Both the position numbers and the translations under genes were made by a program. 64,000 bases of DNA from the human T2T-CHM13v2.0 reference genome, Homo sapiens. The stretch lies in NCBI RefSeq assembly GCF_009914755.1, contig NC_060946.1; one strand, written 5' to 3'. Below the pieces are notes generated by a model, which saw only the letters and a list, made by a program, of their open reading frames with translations, searched no databases and was not told the origin of the DNA. Within the stretch, counting starts at the first letter, position 1. Every line of letters begins with the position of its first letter. Below are positions 15,001 to 30,960 of this stretch, piece by piece.

Positions 15001-18000
15001 CCACTCCATTCCACTCCCTTCAAATCCATCCATTCCATTGCACTCCATTTTATTCCAATCCACTTCATTCCATTCTACTCCACTTCATTCCATTCCACTT
15101 CATTCCACTCCACTGCATTCCATTCCACTCCACTCCACTCCATTCAACTCCACTCCATTCTATTCCACTCCACTCCACTCCATTCCATTCCAGCCCACTC
15201 CAATCCACTCCACTCTTTTCCAGTCCACTCAATTCCATTCCAGTCCCTTCCACTCCACGCCACTGTATTCCAATACACTCCTTTCCATTCCACTCCCCTC
15301 GAGTGCATTCCATTCCATTCCACTCTGTTCCAATATGTCCATTTAATTCCACTCCCCTCCACTCAATTCCACTCCACTTCCCTCCACTGACATCCTTTCC
15401 ACTCCACTCCATTCCATTCCACTCCACTCCTCTCCACTGCATTCCACTCCACTCCAATCGAATCCACTCTAGTTTACTCCACTCCATTCCATTCCATTCC
15501 ACCCCACTGCATTCCATTCCATTCCACTCCACTCCAGTGCACTCCACTCTACTCCATTCCTCTCCATTCCATTCCTCTCCACTATATTCCATTCCACTCC
15601 ACCCCATTCCATTCCGCTACTTTCCTCTCCACAACTTCATTCCCCTTCAGTGCCATCCATTCCACTCCACTCCAATGCAGTCCACTCCATTTTACTCCAA
15701 TCCATTCCTTTCCAAACCACTCTACTCCTTTCCATTCCATTCCATTCCTTTCCATTCCTTTCCATTCCACTCCACTCCACTACATTCCATTCCACTCTAC
15801 TCCACTACATTCCATTCCACTCTACTCCACTACATTCCATTCCACCCCATTCCCCTTCACTCAACTCCACCTCATTCCACTCCATTCCACTCCACTTCAG
15901 GGCATTTCATTCCATTCCACTCCGTATGTTCCCCTCCAGTCCATTCCATTTCACTTCTCTTCACTCCACTCCATTCCACTTCCTTCCATTACAGAACACT
16001 CCATTCTATTCCACTCCACTACATTGCATTAAACTCGACTCCATTCCATTCCACTCCACTCCACTCCATTCCATTCCATTCCATTCCACTCCACTCCACT
16101 CCATACCATTCCACAGAATTCCACTCCAGTGCACTCCATTCCACTCCACTCCACTGTGTTCCATTCCACTCCCTACCATTACATTCCATTCCAAAACTTT
16201 CCACTCCTTTCCACTCCATTCCATTCCAGTCGACTCTATTTCACTGCACTCCACTCCATTCCATTCTCTTCCTTGCCATTGCGTTTCATAACATTCCATT
16301 CATTTCAAGTCACTCCACTCCACTCCCCTCCACTCTGTGCCACTCTACTGCATTCAATTCCACTCCACTCAATTCCTCTCCACTCTTTTCTATTCCACTG
16401 CATTCCACTCCATTCCATTAAAGTCCACTCCATTCCAATCCATTCCATTCCAGTCCATTCCATTCAATTCCATTCCATTATACTCCACTCCACTCCATTC
16501 CATTCCACTCAACTTCACTCCACTCAATTCCATTCCACTCCACTCCATTCCATTCCATTTCACCCCTTTCCAGTCGACCACACTCCACTCCACTCAATTC
16601 AACTTCCCTCCATTCCATTCCACTCTATTCCACTCCGTTGCCCTCCATTACACTCCACTCCACTCCATTCCACTCCACTCCATTTCATTCCAGTCCACTC
16701 CATTGCATTCCACTGCAGTCCATTCCATTCCATCCCATTCCACTCCACGCCATTCCTTTCCCCTCCACTCCACTCCATTCCATTCCATTTCACCTTATTC
16801 CGTTCCACTCCTCTCCACTCCACTCTATTCCACTCCACTCCACTCCACTCTACTCCACTCCACTTCATTCCACTTCATTGCCCTCCACTCTACTCCGTTC
16901 CACTCCACTCCATTCCATTCCACTCCAATTCATTCCAGTGCACTTCATTCCATTCCATTCCTCTCCACTCCCTTCCACTCCATTTTACTCCACTCAACTC
17001 AATTCCACACGACTCCACTCAATTCCACTCCACTCCACTTTATTCCATTCCTCTCCATTCCACTCCACTGCAATTCTTTCCTCTCAACTGCACTCCATTC
17101 CATTCCCCTCCACTCCATTCCACTCCCTTCAATTCCATCCTTTCCACTCCATTCCAATCCACTCTATTTTATTCCACTCCACTTCATTCCATTCCACTCC
17201 ATTCAACTCCACAGCTTTCCATTCCATTCCACACCACTCCATTCCACCCCACTCCACTCCAGTCCACTCTACTCCACTCCACTTCATTCCATTCCAGTTT
17301 CTCTCCACACCACTCTATTCCACTCCACTACATTCAATTCCACTCCACTCCACAACACTGCATTCCATTTCATTCCACTCCACACCACTCTACTCTACTA
17401 CACTCCATTCCATTCCTCTCCACTCCATTCCATTCAACTCAACTCCATTCCATTCCAATACATTCCATTCCACTGCACTTCATTCCCCTCCATTGTACTC
17501 CTTTCCACTCCACTCTACTGCAGTCCACTCCATTGTACTCAATTCCATTCCTGTCCACACTACTGCATTCAATTCCTTTCCATTCCATTCCATTCCATTC
17601 CACTCCACTTCATTCCATTCCACCCCATTCCACTCCACTCAAATCCTCTTCACTCCACCCCATTCCACTCGTCTTCAGGGCATTCCATTCCATTCCACTC
17701 CATCCGTTCTCTTCCATTCAATTCCATTTCACATCTCTCCGTTCCACTCCATTCCACTTACTACCGTTCCACACCACTCAACTCTGTTCCAGTCCACTAC
17801 ATTCCATTCCACTCCACTCCATCCATTCCACTCTATTCCATTCCACTCCACTCCTTTCTCCTCCACTCCACTCCATTCCACTGTATTCCACTACATTCCA
17901 TTCCATTTCACCCTATTCCTTTCCACTCCTCTCAATTGACCTCCACTATATTCCACTCCACTCCAGTCCACTCCATTCCATACAATTCCGCACCACTCTG

Positions 18001-21000
18001 CTCCACTCCATTCCGTTACACTCCACCCCACTGACTTCCATTCCATTCCACTCCATTCCATTCCATTTCACTTCTTTCGACTCCTTTCCACTCCATTCAC
18101 TCCATTCCAGTTAAGTCCACTCTAATTCACTGCACTCCACTCCATTCCATTCCACTGCATTGTACTCATCCCCATTCCTTTCCACAGCACTCCATTCCAT
18201 TACTTTCATTCCATTCCATTCCAATCCACTTCATTGCATTCCACCCCATTCCACTCCACTCCTCTCCACTTCACTCCACTCCTTTCCTCTCCTCTTCTGG
18301 GCATTCCATTCCATTCCACTAAATCCGTTCCCCTACATTCCATTTCATTTTACTTCTCTGCATTAAACTCCATTCGATTAATTTCCATTCCACACCAGTC
18401 CACTCTGTTCCACTCCACTCCATTTCATTCCACTCCACTCCATCCCATTCCACTCCACTCCACTCCATTCCGTTCCATTCCATTCCATTCCACTCTACTC
18501 CATTCACTTCCATTCCATTCCACTCCACTACATTCCTTTCCCGTCCACTCCACTCCATTCCACTCCATTCCACTCCACTGCACTCCATTCCACTACATTC
18601 CATCACATTCCACTGGAATCCACCCCTATTCATACCACCCCACTCCACACCGCTCCATTTCAGTCCAGTCCATTCCACTCCACTCCTCTCCAAAACACTC
18701 CATTATACTCCATTCCATTCCATTCCACTCCATTCCAAGGCACTCCATTCCACTCCATATGAATCCCCTCCCCTCCACTCCAATTTTTCCACACCCCTGC
18801 AAACCATTCCAATCCATTTCGTGCCCTTCCATGCCCTGCAATTCCACTCCACTCCATTACACTCCACTCAATTCCACTCCAATCTACCCCACTCATCTCC
18901 ACTCCACTCAACTCCACTCCACTCCATTCCACTCCACTCCATTCCACTCCACTCCAATCTAACCCACTCATCTCCACTCCACTCAACTCCACTCCACTCC
19001 TTTCCATTCTACTCCTCTCCACTCCATTCCAGTCCACTTCATTCTTCTCCATTCCATTCCATACCATTCCTCTCTATTCCATTCCACTCCACGTAATTCC
19101 ATTCCACTCCACTCCACTTCGTTCTTCTCCATTCCACTCCATTCCATTCCATTACTCTCCATTTAATTACTCTCCACTGATATCCACACCACTGCACTCC
19201 ACTCCATTCAATTCCACTCCATTCCATTCCATTCCCCTCCACACCATTTTATTCCACTGCACTCGATTTCATTCCACTCCACTACACTCAATTCCACTCC
19301 ATTTAACTCTGTTCCATTCCACTCCATTTCACTTTATTCCATTCCACTCCACTCCACTCCATTACTTTCCTCTCCATTCCACTCCATTCCATTCCCATCC
19401 ACTCCACACCACTCCATTCCACTCCATTCCACTCCATTCCATTCCATTCCATTCCATTCCATTCCATTCCATTCCATTCCATTCCACTCCATTGACTCCA
19501 ATCAAATCCATTCCATTACACTCCACTCCATTCCATTCCATTCCATTCCACTCCACTCCATTCCACTCCTCTCCATTCCATTCCACTCCATTCCTCTCCA
19601 CTCCACTGCATTCCGCTCGACTCCATTCCTTTCCACTCTACTCCATTCCTCTCCACTCCACTCCACTCCTTTGCATTCCACTCCACTCCACTCTACTCCA
19701 GTCCCCACCATTCTACTCGACTCCATTCCATTCCATTCCAAACTATTCCATTCCACTCCACTTAATTCCATTCCACTGCACTGCACTCCATTCAACTAAA
19801 TTCCACTGCATTCAACTCCATTCCATTCCATTCCACTCCACTCCACTAATTTGCGATCTTCTGCACTCCACTTCACTCCAGTCCTCTCCATTCTACTCCC
19901 CTCCGATCCACTCCATCCATTCCACTCCACTTAATTCCCTTCCACTGCACTCCACTCCATTCCACTCCATTCCATTCCATTCCACTCCATTCCACTATAC
20001 TCCAGTAAACACCACTACCCTCCACTTCATTCCATTCCACTACATTCCATTTCAATCAACTCCATTCCATTTTAATCCACTGTACTCAATTCCATTCCAC
20101 TCTTCTCCACTACATTCCACTACATTGCATTCCAATCCATTCCACACCATTCCACTCTACTCCTTCCTATTCCACTCCCCTCAATTCCACTTTAATCCAT
20201 TCCTTTGCTCTCCACTTCAGTCCACTGCACTTCGTTCCATTCCACTCCACTCCACTCTACTCCACTCCACTCCACTCCACTCTTTTCCACTCTACTAAAT
20301 TCCATTCTTCTCCACTCCATTCCATTCCACTCCATTCCACTCCACTCCATTCCACTCCACTCCACTCCATTCCATTCCATTCCATGCCACTCCATTTTAT
20401 TCCCTTCAACAGCATTTCATTCCACTCCATTCCATTCTACTCGGTGCCACTCCAAGCCAGTCCATTTTACCCCACTCCATTCCATTCCATTCCACTCCAT
20501 CCCACTCCATTCGACCCCTCTCCTCTACACTCCACTCTACTCCACTCCACTCCATTCCATTCCAGTCCTTTCCACTCCACTCTACTCCATTCCTTTCAAC
20601 TCCATTCCATTCTTCACCTCTCCACTCCACTGCATTGCATTGCACTCCACTCCACTCCACTCCATTGCACTTTACTCCAATCCAATCCATTTCTTTCCAC
20701 TCCACTCCATTCCTTTCCACTCCATTCCACTAAACTCCGCTTCATTCCACTCCACACCACTTGATTCCACTGCACACCACTCCAGTCCACTTAATTCTAC
20801 TCCAATCCAATCCATTCCACAACACTCCATTGCATTCCATTCCATTCCACTCCACTTCATTCCATTCCAGCCCATTCCAATTCACTCCATTCCACTCCAT
20901 CCACTCCGTTCCATTCAACACCAATTCAGAGCTTTCCATTCCATTCCACACCATTCCATTCCACTGCTTTCCATTCTACTACATTCCATTCCTCTCCAAT

Positions 21001-24000
21001 CCATTCCACTCAACTCCACTGCACTCCATCCCATTCTATTCCATTCCATTCCATTCCACTCCTATGAATTTCATTCCATTCCTCTGCACTCCATTCCATT
21101 CTCCTCTACTGAATTCCTTTACACTAAATTCCATTCCATTTCACCCCATTCCACCCCACTCCACTCCATTCCACTCCACTCCATTCGACTCCACTCCACT
21201 CGACTCCTCTCCACTCCATTCCACTTCATTCCATTCTACACAATTCCACTCTGCTGCAATCCATTCCACTCAATTCCACTCCACTCTTTTCAATTTGACT
21301 CCACTCGATTCCATTCCTCTCCAATCCACTCAACTCCATTCCACCCCACTCCTTTCCACTGCACTCTACTCAACTAAACTCCATTCCATTCCATTCCACT
21401 CCATTGCAATCCATTCCACCCCTCTCCGTTCCATTCCTCTCCTCTCCATTGCAATCTTTTCCATTCTAATCCACTGCACTCGACTCCACTCAACTCTAAT
21501 CCACTGCACTCCACTCCACTCCATTCCATTCCTGTCCACTGCATTCCATTCCACTCCACTCCATTCCATTCCATTCCACTCCATTCCACTCCATTCTAGT
21601 CCACTCCACTTCCTTCCCCTCCACTCCACTCCACTTCATTCCCCTCCATTCAACTCCATTCCACTCCACATCACTGCAGTCCACTCAATTACACTGCACT
21701 CCATTCCATTACACACAACTCCATTCCATTACTTTCCTTTCCATTCCATTCCATTCCATTCCATTCCACTCCACTGCATTCCATTCCACCTCATTCCACT
21801 GCAGTCCACTCCATGTCACTCCACTTCAGTGCATTCCATTGAATTCCTTTCCTTTCCCTTCCACTCCATTTTCTCCACACTACTGAAATACTTTCTAATC
21901 CATTTGTCACCATTCCATTCCCCTCCATTCAATTCCACTCCAATCCATTTAATTCCAATCCATTCCATTCCAACCCACTCCATTCCACCCCACTACATGA
22001 CACTCCACTCCACTCTACTCCACTCCACTCTACTCCACTCCACTCCACTCCATTCCTTTCTGTATTACTCCCCTACACTCCACTCCAGTCCACTTCATTC
22101 TACTCCACTCCATTCCATAGCATTGCACTCCATTCCATTCTGCTCCACTTAATTCCATTCCACTCCACTACACTTCGTTCCTCTCCATTCCCCTCCATTC
22201 CCCTCCATTCCACTCCACTCTACTCCACACCACTCCACTCCATTCCAATCCACTACATTCCATTCCACTCCATTAAATTCCACTCCATTCCTCTCCATTC
22301 CACTCGACTCCATTCCATTCCACTCCACTCCACTGCACTCCATTCCACTCCACTCAATTCCACTCCATTCCAGTCCATTCCACTCCACTCCACTCCACTC
22401 CATGCAACTCCACTCCATTCCATTCCATTCCACTCCACTCCACTCCAGAGCATTCCATTCCACTACGTTCCACACTCCTCCAATTTACTCCACTCCATTC
22501 CCCTCCTCTCCACTTCACTCCACTCCACTACATTCCACTCCACTCCAATCCATTCCACTCAACTCCATTTCACTCCACTCAATTCCTCTCCATTCCATTC
22601 CAGTCAATTGTATTCCATTCCAAACAATTCCACTTTATGCCACTGCACTGCATTCCATTCCACGCAATTCCACTACACTCCACTCTATTCCAATCCACTC
22701 CATTCCATTCTGCTCCACTCCACTCCACTTTACTCTACCATAATCCACTCCATTCTACCCCACTCGACTGTACTCTACTCTACTATACTCCACTCCATTC
22801 CATTTTAGTCCATTCCACTGCACTCCACTCCATTCCACTCCAATCCATTACATTCCATTCAATGCCACTCCAATCCACTACATTCCATTCCACTCCCCTC
22901 CATTCCATTCCAATGCACTCCACTCCATTCCACTCCACTCCATTCCACACTATTCCATTCCATTCCATTTAATTCCATTCCATTCCCTTCAATTCCCTGC
23001 CACTCGACTCTTTTCCACTCCTCACAACTCCACTGCATTCCACTCCACTCCACTCCACTCCATTCAATTCCACTCCATTCCATTCCATTCCACTCTTCTC
23101 CATACCATTCCTCTCCATTCCTCCCCACTCTGATTCATTCTACTCCATTCCACTCCATTCCACTCCACTTCATTCCCACTTCATTCCTCTCCACTCCACT
23201 CAGTTCAACTCCACTATGTTCCATTTTATGACACTCCATTCCTTTCCACTCCTTTCCACTCTGGTAAGCTCCATTTCACTCTGCACCATTCCATTCCTGT
23301 CTATTCCACTCCTATCCATTCCAATCCTCTTCTCTCTACTCCACTCCATTCCATTCCAGTCCATTTCACTCCACTACACTGTATTCCACTCCACTCCGTT
23401 CCATTCCACTCCACTCCACACCACTGCATTCCATTAAACTCCACTCCACTCCACTCTACTCCACTCCAATCCATAATATTCCACTCCAGTCTATTTCATT
23501 CCTTTCCAATACATTGCATTCCACTCCACTCTATTCTATTCCACACAATTCCACTCCACTCCATTACATTCCACACTCTCCACTCCATTCCACTCCATTC
23601 CACTTCATTCCACACCATTCTATTCCATTCCACTCCATTCCACTGCACTCCACTCCACTCCATTTCATTACACTCCATTCCATTCCGTTTCACTCCACTC
23701 CATTTTATTCCACTCCACTGCATTCCATTGCACTTTATTACACTGCATTCCATTCCCCTCAATTCCATTCCTTTCCACTCCACTCCATTCCATTCCATTG
23801 CACTCCATTTCATCCATTCCTTTCCTATCCAATCCATTCCATTCCACTCCACTCCATTCCATTCCACTACGTTCCATTCCATTCCTCTCCATTCCACTGC
23901 AATCCATTCCAGTACGTTCCACTCAACTCCACTAAATTCCACTCCATTCCACTCCACTATTCTCCATTCCATTCCAGTACATTCCACTCCACTCCACTTC

Positions 24001-27000
24001 ATTCCACTCCACCCAACTCCATTCCACTCCATTCCATTCCACTCAACTCCATCCCACTTCTTTCTAGTCTATCTGAATCCATTCCACTTCACTCCATTCT
24101 ATTCCTCTCTACTTCATTCCGTTACATCCCATCCTATTCCATTCCACTTCAGTCCATTCCATTCCAGTTCACTCCTTTGCATTCCTCACCACTCCATTCC
24201 ATTACATCCCATCCTATTCCATTCTTCTTCAATCCATTCCATGCCAGTTCACTACTTTTCATTCCATTCCATTCCATTCCACTCCTCTACATTCCATTCT
24301 ACTCCACTCCACTCCAATCAGTTGCACTCCACTCCACTCCACTCCATTCCGTTCCACTCCATTCCATTACACTTCAGTCCATTCCACCCAAATCCATTCC
24401 AATCCTCTCCACTCAATTCAATTCTACGCCATTCCCTTCCAGTCCATTCGATTCCACTACACTCCCCTCCTCTCCATAACACTTCCCTCCAATCCACTCT
24501 ACACCACTCCACTGCATTCCATTCCGATCCACTCCGCTCCATTTGACTCCATTGAACTCCATTCAAATCCATTTCACCCCATTCCATTCCACACCAATCC
24601 ATTCCACTCAAATCCATTCAAACACACTCCACTCCACTCCACTCCATTCCATTCCATTCCACTCCAATCCTTTCCATTTCACTCCAGTCCATACCAATCC
24701 ACTCCATTCCACTCCACTCTAGTTCATTCCCCTCCACTCCACTCCATTCCACTCCACTCCACTCCATTGCACTCCACTCAATTCAACTCCACTCCATTCC
24801 ACTCCACTCCTCTCCATTCCACTCCACTCCAGTCCATTCCATTCCACTCCACTCCACTTCACTCCCTTCTTTCCATTCCATTCCTGTACTTTTCATTGAA
24901 CTCCACTCCATTCCATTCCATTACACACAACTCCATTCAAATCCACTCAATTCCACTCAACTCCAAGTCATTACATTCCATCCCACTCCATTTCATTCCA
25001 TTCCACTCCATTCCATTGTACTCCACTCCTTTCCACTCCATTCCATTCAATACAACTCTCTCCAATCCACTCCACTCCACTCGGTTCCACTCCGCTCTAT
25101 TCAATTCCACTACACTCCATTCCATTCTACACTCTCCAATCCATTCCACTGCATTCTACACCATTCTATTCCACTTCATTCCACTGCACTCCACTCCAGT
25201 CCACTCCACTCCACTCCATTCCATTACACTCCATTCCATTCCGTTCCACTCCATTCCAATTTATTCCTCTCCACTGCATTCCATTCCACTTTATTCATCT
25301 CAAATCCATTCCTCTTCTTTCCATTCCTTCCACTCCACTCCATTCCATTCCATTCCATTCCACTCTGTTACATTCCATTCCATTCCGCTTTCCAATCCAT
25401 TGCATTCCACTCCATTCCATTCCATTACATTACATTCCATTTCAATCCATTCTATTCCATTGCACTCCACTCCACTCCATTCCATTCCATTCGAGTACAT
25501 TCCACTCCACTCCACTTCATTCCACTCCAGCCTACTCCATTCCACTCCACTCCATTCCACTCAACTCCAATCCAATCCTTTCTTTTCCAATCGAATCCAT
25601 TCCACTTCACTCCATTCCATTCCACTCTACGCCATTCCATTACATTCCAATCTGTTCCATTCCATTTCACTCAATCCCATTCCAGTTCACTCCTTTCCAT
25701 TCCATTCCATTCCATTCCACTCCTCTCCATACCGTTCCACTCCACTCCACTACACTCAGTTGCACTCCACTCCACTCCATTCCATTCCATCCCAGTCCAC
25801 TCACCTCCACTCCATTCCACTTTAATCCATTCCAATCCATTCCACTCAACTCAATTCCACGCTATTCCACTCTGGTCCATTCAATTCCATTCCACTACAG
25901 TCCACTCCTCTCCATAACACTCCACTCCACTCTAATCCATCCCACTCCATTCCATTCCATTCCATTCCATTCCATTGCACTCCACTCCTTTACACTCTGT
26001 TCCACTCCATTCCATACAACTCCAGCCCATTCCACTCTACTCCATTCCACTCTACTCCATTCCATTCCATTCCTTGCTATTCCATTCCATTCCATTCAAC
26101 TCTATCTATTGCGCTCCACTCCACTCTGTTCCACTCCGATCCATTCAATTCCACTATACTCCATTCAATTCCATTCCATTCCACTCCATTCCATTCCAAT
26201 CCACCCTCTCCACTCCATTCCACTCCATTTGGCTTCACTAAATTCTATTCCACACAACTCCTGTCCATTCCATTCCACTGCATCCCATTCCACTCCACTC
26301 AATCCACTTTTTCCAATCCACTCTCCTCCACTGCATTCCATTCCATTCCATTCAACTCTATTCAACTGCACTCAACTCCATTCCATTCCACTCCACTCCA
26401 TTTCACTAAATTACACTCCATTGCATTCCAATGCACTCCAGACTCCGCCACTCTAGTCAACATCACTCCATTCCATTCCATTCCATTGCATTCCATTCCA
26501 TTCCACTACATTCCCTTCCATTTCTTTCCATTCCATTCCATTCAATTCGACTCCACTCCAATCTTTTCCACTCCACTGCACTACACTCTACTCCACTCCA
26601 CTTCACTCCATTCCATCGGATTCCTTCCTTGCCATTCTATTCCATTCAAGTCTCTCCACTCCACTCATCTCCATTCCACTCCAATCCATTCAATTACACT
26701 CCAATCCATTCCATTACACTCCTTTCCATTCCATTCCGTTCTACTCCATTCCATTCCAATCCACTCCATTCCAGTCCACTCCATTCCAGTCCACTCCAAT
26801 CCATTCCACTCCATTCCACTCCAATCAATTTCACTCTGCTACTATCCCTTCCACTCCACTACATTCCATTCCCCTCCATTCCACTCCAATCCATTCCATT
26901 CTACTCCACTCCACTCCTCTCCATACCATTCCACGCCATTCCATTCCACTGCATCCCTCTCCATTCCATTCCCTTCTACCCCATTCCATTCCACTCCAAT

Positions 27001-30000
27001 CCGCTCCAATAAACTCCACTCCATTCCACTCCACTCCTCTCCATTACACTCCATTCCATTCCATTGCACTCCACTCCATTCCCTTCCACTACACTCCCGT
27101 CAACTCCATTCCATTGCATTTCATTCCATTTCATCAATTCCATCCATTCTATTCCATCTTATTCCATTCCATTCCATTCCACTCCATTTCATTCCATTTC
27201 ATTCCACTACACTCCACACCATTACATTCCACTCCACTCCACTCCATTCCACTCCCGTCCATTCCATTCCACTCCATTCCATTCCACTCCACTACACACC
27301 ATTCCACTCCACTCCACTAATCTCCACTTCACTGCACTCCCCTCCAATCCATTCCATTCCACTCCAATCCGCTTCATTCCACAAAATACCATTACACTCC
27401 ATTCTATTCCGTTCCTCTCCACTCCACTCCATTTCAATCCACTGCATTCCACTCCCCTCCATTCCACTCCCCTCCATTTCATTTCATTCAATTCCACAGC
27501 ATTAATTCCACTACCCTCCACTCCATTCCACTCCAATCCATTCCACTCCACTCCAGTCAATTCCAATCCACTCCACTCCATTGCACTTCACCTCATTCCA
27601 TGCCATTCCATTTCATTCAATTCCATTCCAATGCAATCCATTCCATTCCATTCCACTATATTCCATTGCATTCCATTCCATTCCTTTGCATTCCATTCCA
27701 CTACAATGCCCTCCACACCATTCCATTCCATTGCATTCCTTTCCGTTGCACTCCACTCCACTGTTTTCCATTGCATACCTGTCCATTCCACTTCAATCCG
27801 CTTTATTCCACTCCACCCCACTCCATTCCATTAAACTACATTCCATTCCATTGCACTCCACTCCGCTCCACTCCACTACACTCAATTCCACACCACCACA
27901 TTCCATTCCGTTGACTTCCACTCCCTTCCATTCCATTCCATTCCACTCCACCCCATTACTCTCCACTCCACTCCATTTGACTCCACTCCATTCTATTCCA
28001 CTCCATTCCACTCTTCTCCATTCCATTCCATTCCACTCCACTCCATTCCATTCCATTGTATTCCATTCCACACCATTCCATTTCAATACACTTCACTCCA
28101 TTAAACTCCACTCCATTCCACTCCACTCCACTCATTTCCACTCAACTCCACTCCATGCCATTCCATTCTACTATATTCCATTCCATTCCACTCCACTCTT
28201 TCCACTCCATTAGACTCCCTTCCATTCCACTCCATTCAACTACAAACCACTCCATTTCACACCACTACACTGCTTTTCGTTCCACTCCATTCCAGTCCAC
28301 TCTACTCTAATTCATTCAATTCCACTCCATTCCATTCCATTTTACTCTACTCCATTGCATTCCACTCCACTCCATTCCATTCTAGTACATTCCATTCCAT
28401 TCCATGCCACTCCATTCCATTCCATGACACTCCATTCTATTCCAAGCCACTCCATTCCATTCCATGCCACTCCATTCCATTCCAAGCAATTCCATTCCAC
28501 CTCACTTCATTACATTCCAATCCACACCATTCCTTTCCACTGCACTACATTCCACTCTATTCCATTCCAACTCACTCCATTCCACTCCACTCTACTCCAC
28601 TCCATTCCACTCCATTTAACACCACCCAACTGCATTTCATTCCATTCGATTCCACTCCACTCCATTCCACTCCATTCCATTCAATTCCGCTCCTTTCCAT
28701 TCCATTTCACTCTACTTCATTGCATTCTACTGCACTCCATTCCATCCCATTCCATTCCATTCCATTCCATGCCACTCCATTCCATTCCACGCCATTCCAT
28801 TCCATTCCACTCCACTCCATTACATTCCACTACTCCCCATTCCTTTCCACTGCACTCCATTACACCCCGTTCCATTCCACTACATTCCAATCCACTCCAC
28901 TCCACTCTACTCCACTACACTCCATTCCATTGCAATCCACTCAACTCCATTCCATTCCATTCCATTCCATTCCATTCCATTCCAATCCACTCAATTCCAA
29001 TGCATTGCATTGCATACCTTTCCATTCCACTCCAATCCACTCTACTCCACTCTAGCCCTCTCCATTCCATTAAACTCCATTCCATTCAATTGTACTCCAC
29101 TGCATTCCGCTCCACTCCACTCCACTCCATTCCACAAGACCATATTCCATTCCATTCCATTCCACTCCGTTACATTCCATTCCATTCCACTCCACTCAAT
29201 GACTCTCCAATTTACTCTATTCCACTCAACTCCATTTCACTCCACTACATTCTACTACACTCCATTCCACTCCACTCCATTCCATTACAATCCATTGCAT
29301 TCCATTCCACAGCCTTCTGTTTCATTACACTTCACTCCATTGCACTCCACTCCATTCCACTCCACTCCACTCAATTCCACTCAACTCCACTCCATGATAT
29401 TCCATTCCATTCCATTCCATTCCATTCCACTCCACTCCTTCCACTCCATTCCACACCATTCCATTCCACTCCATTCCACTACACACCATTCCATTTCACA
29501 ACACTCCACCCCTTTTCATTCCATTCCGTTCTACTCTACTCCAGTCCAATCCATTCCGATCCACACCATTGCATTCAATTTCTCTCTATTCCATTGCATT
29601 CCACCCCGGTAAATTCCATTCCAGGCCATTCTATGACATTCCATGACATTCCATTCCATTACAAGTGATTATTTCCTTTCCACTACAGTCCATTACATTC
29701 CACTCCACTCCATTCATTTCCACTGCACTCCACTCCACTCTATTCCATTCCAATCCATTCCATTCCACTCCACTCCAAACTACTCCACTGGACTCCATTC
29801 CATTGCAATGCAGTCAACTCCATTCTATTTCATTCCATTCCATTGCATTCCATTCCATTCCATTCCACTCCATTCCATTCCATTCCACTCCACTCCATTT
29901 CTTTCCATTCCATTGTACTCCTCTTTGTTCCATTCCATTCCCTTCCATTCTAGCCAACAGCTTTCCATTCCATTCCAATCGATTCCACACCCCTCCACTG

Positions 30001-30960
30001 CATTCCACTCCATTCCACTTGTTTCCTTTCCACTCCACTCCATTCCAATCCACTCCACTCCATTATGTTCTACTCCATTCCACTCCACTCAATTCCATGC
30101 CATTCCATTCCATTCCATTCCACTCCATTCCATTCCATTCCATTCCATTGCATTCCATTCCTTTCCATTGCATTCCTTTCCATTCCATTACTTTCCATTC
30201 CATTCCACTACTTCCCACTTCATTCCATTCCATTCCAGTCCATTCCATTCAACTTCAATTTCTTTCCACTCCACTAAACTCCACTCCATTCCAATCCACT
30301 CCACTCTTTTCCAATCCACCAAATTCCAATCCACTCCACTCCCTTCCAATCCACTTCATTTCAATTCTTTCCACTCCAGTCCACTCCACTTCAATCCATT
30401 CCATCTCTTTCCTTTCCATTCCGTTCCACTCCATTGTATTCTATTCCATTGCATTTCATTCCATTCCATTCCCCTATTCTCCATTTCATTCCATTCCATT
30501 CCACTTCATTCCTTTCCACTCCATTCCATTCCTTTCCTATCCACTATACTCAACTCCATTCCACTAAACTGCACTCCATTCCACTCCACTCCACTCCATT
30601 CCATTCTATTGCAATCCACTCCATTCCATTCCTCTCCACTCCATTACATTACACTCCACTCAGATCCGTTCCACTCCATTCCATTCCATTCAATTTCATT
30701 TCATTCCATTCCATTCAATTCCATCACATTCCACTCCTCTCCATTTCATTCCCTTCTTTCCACGCTATTCTATTCCACTCCAGTCTATTCCTTTCAACTC
30801 CACTGCACTCCTCTCCACTCCATTCAATCAGAATACACTCCATTCCACTCTATTACACTCCATTACAATTTATTGCCCTCCACTCCATTCTCATCCACTC
30901 CACTACATTTCATTCCAGTTCACTCAGTTGCATTCCACTCCATTCCGTTCCATTCCATTC
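1..30960 (+). repeat. Diverged HSat3-family satellite, (CATTC)n heavily mixed with CACTC; runs off the window start
   Basis: Continuous 5-bp periodicity of CATTC/CACTC with many point variants and few CpGs. The ACTCGGGTTG spacer is essentially absent. The C-rich strand is on + throughout. Confidence 0.93.
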
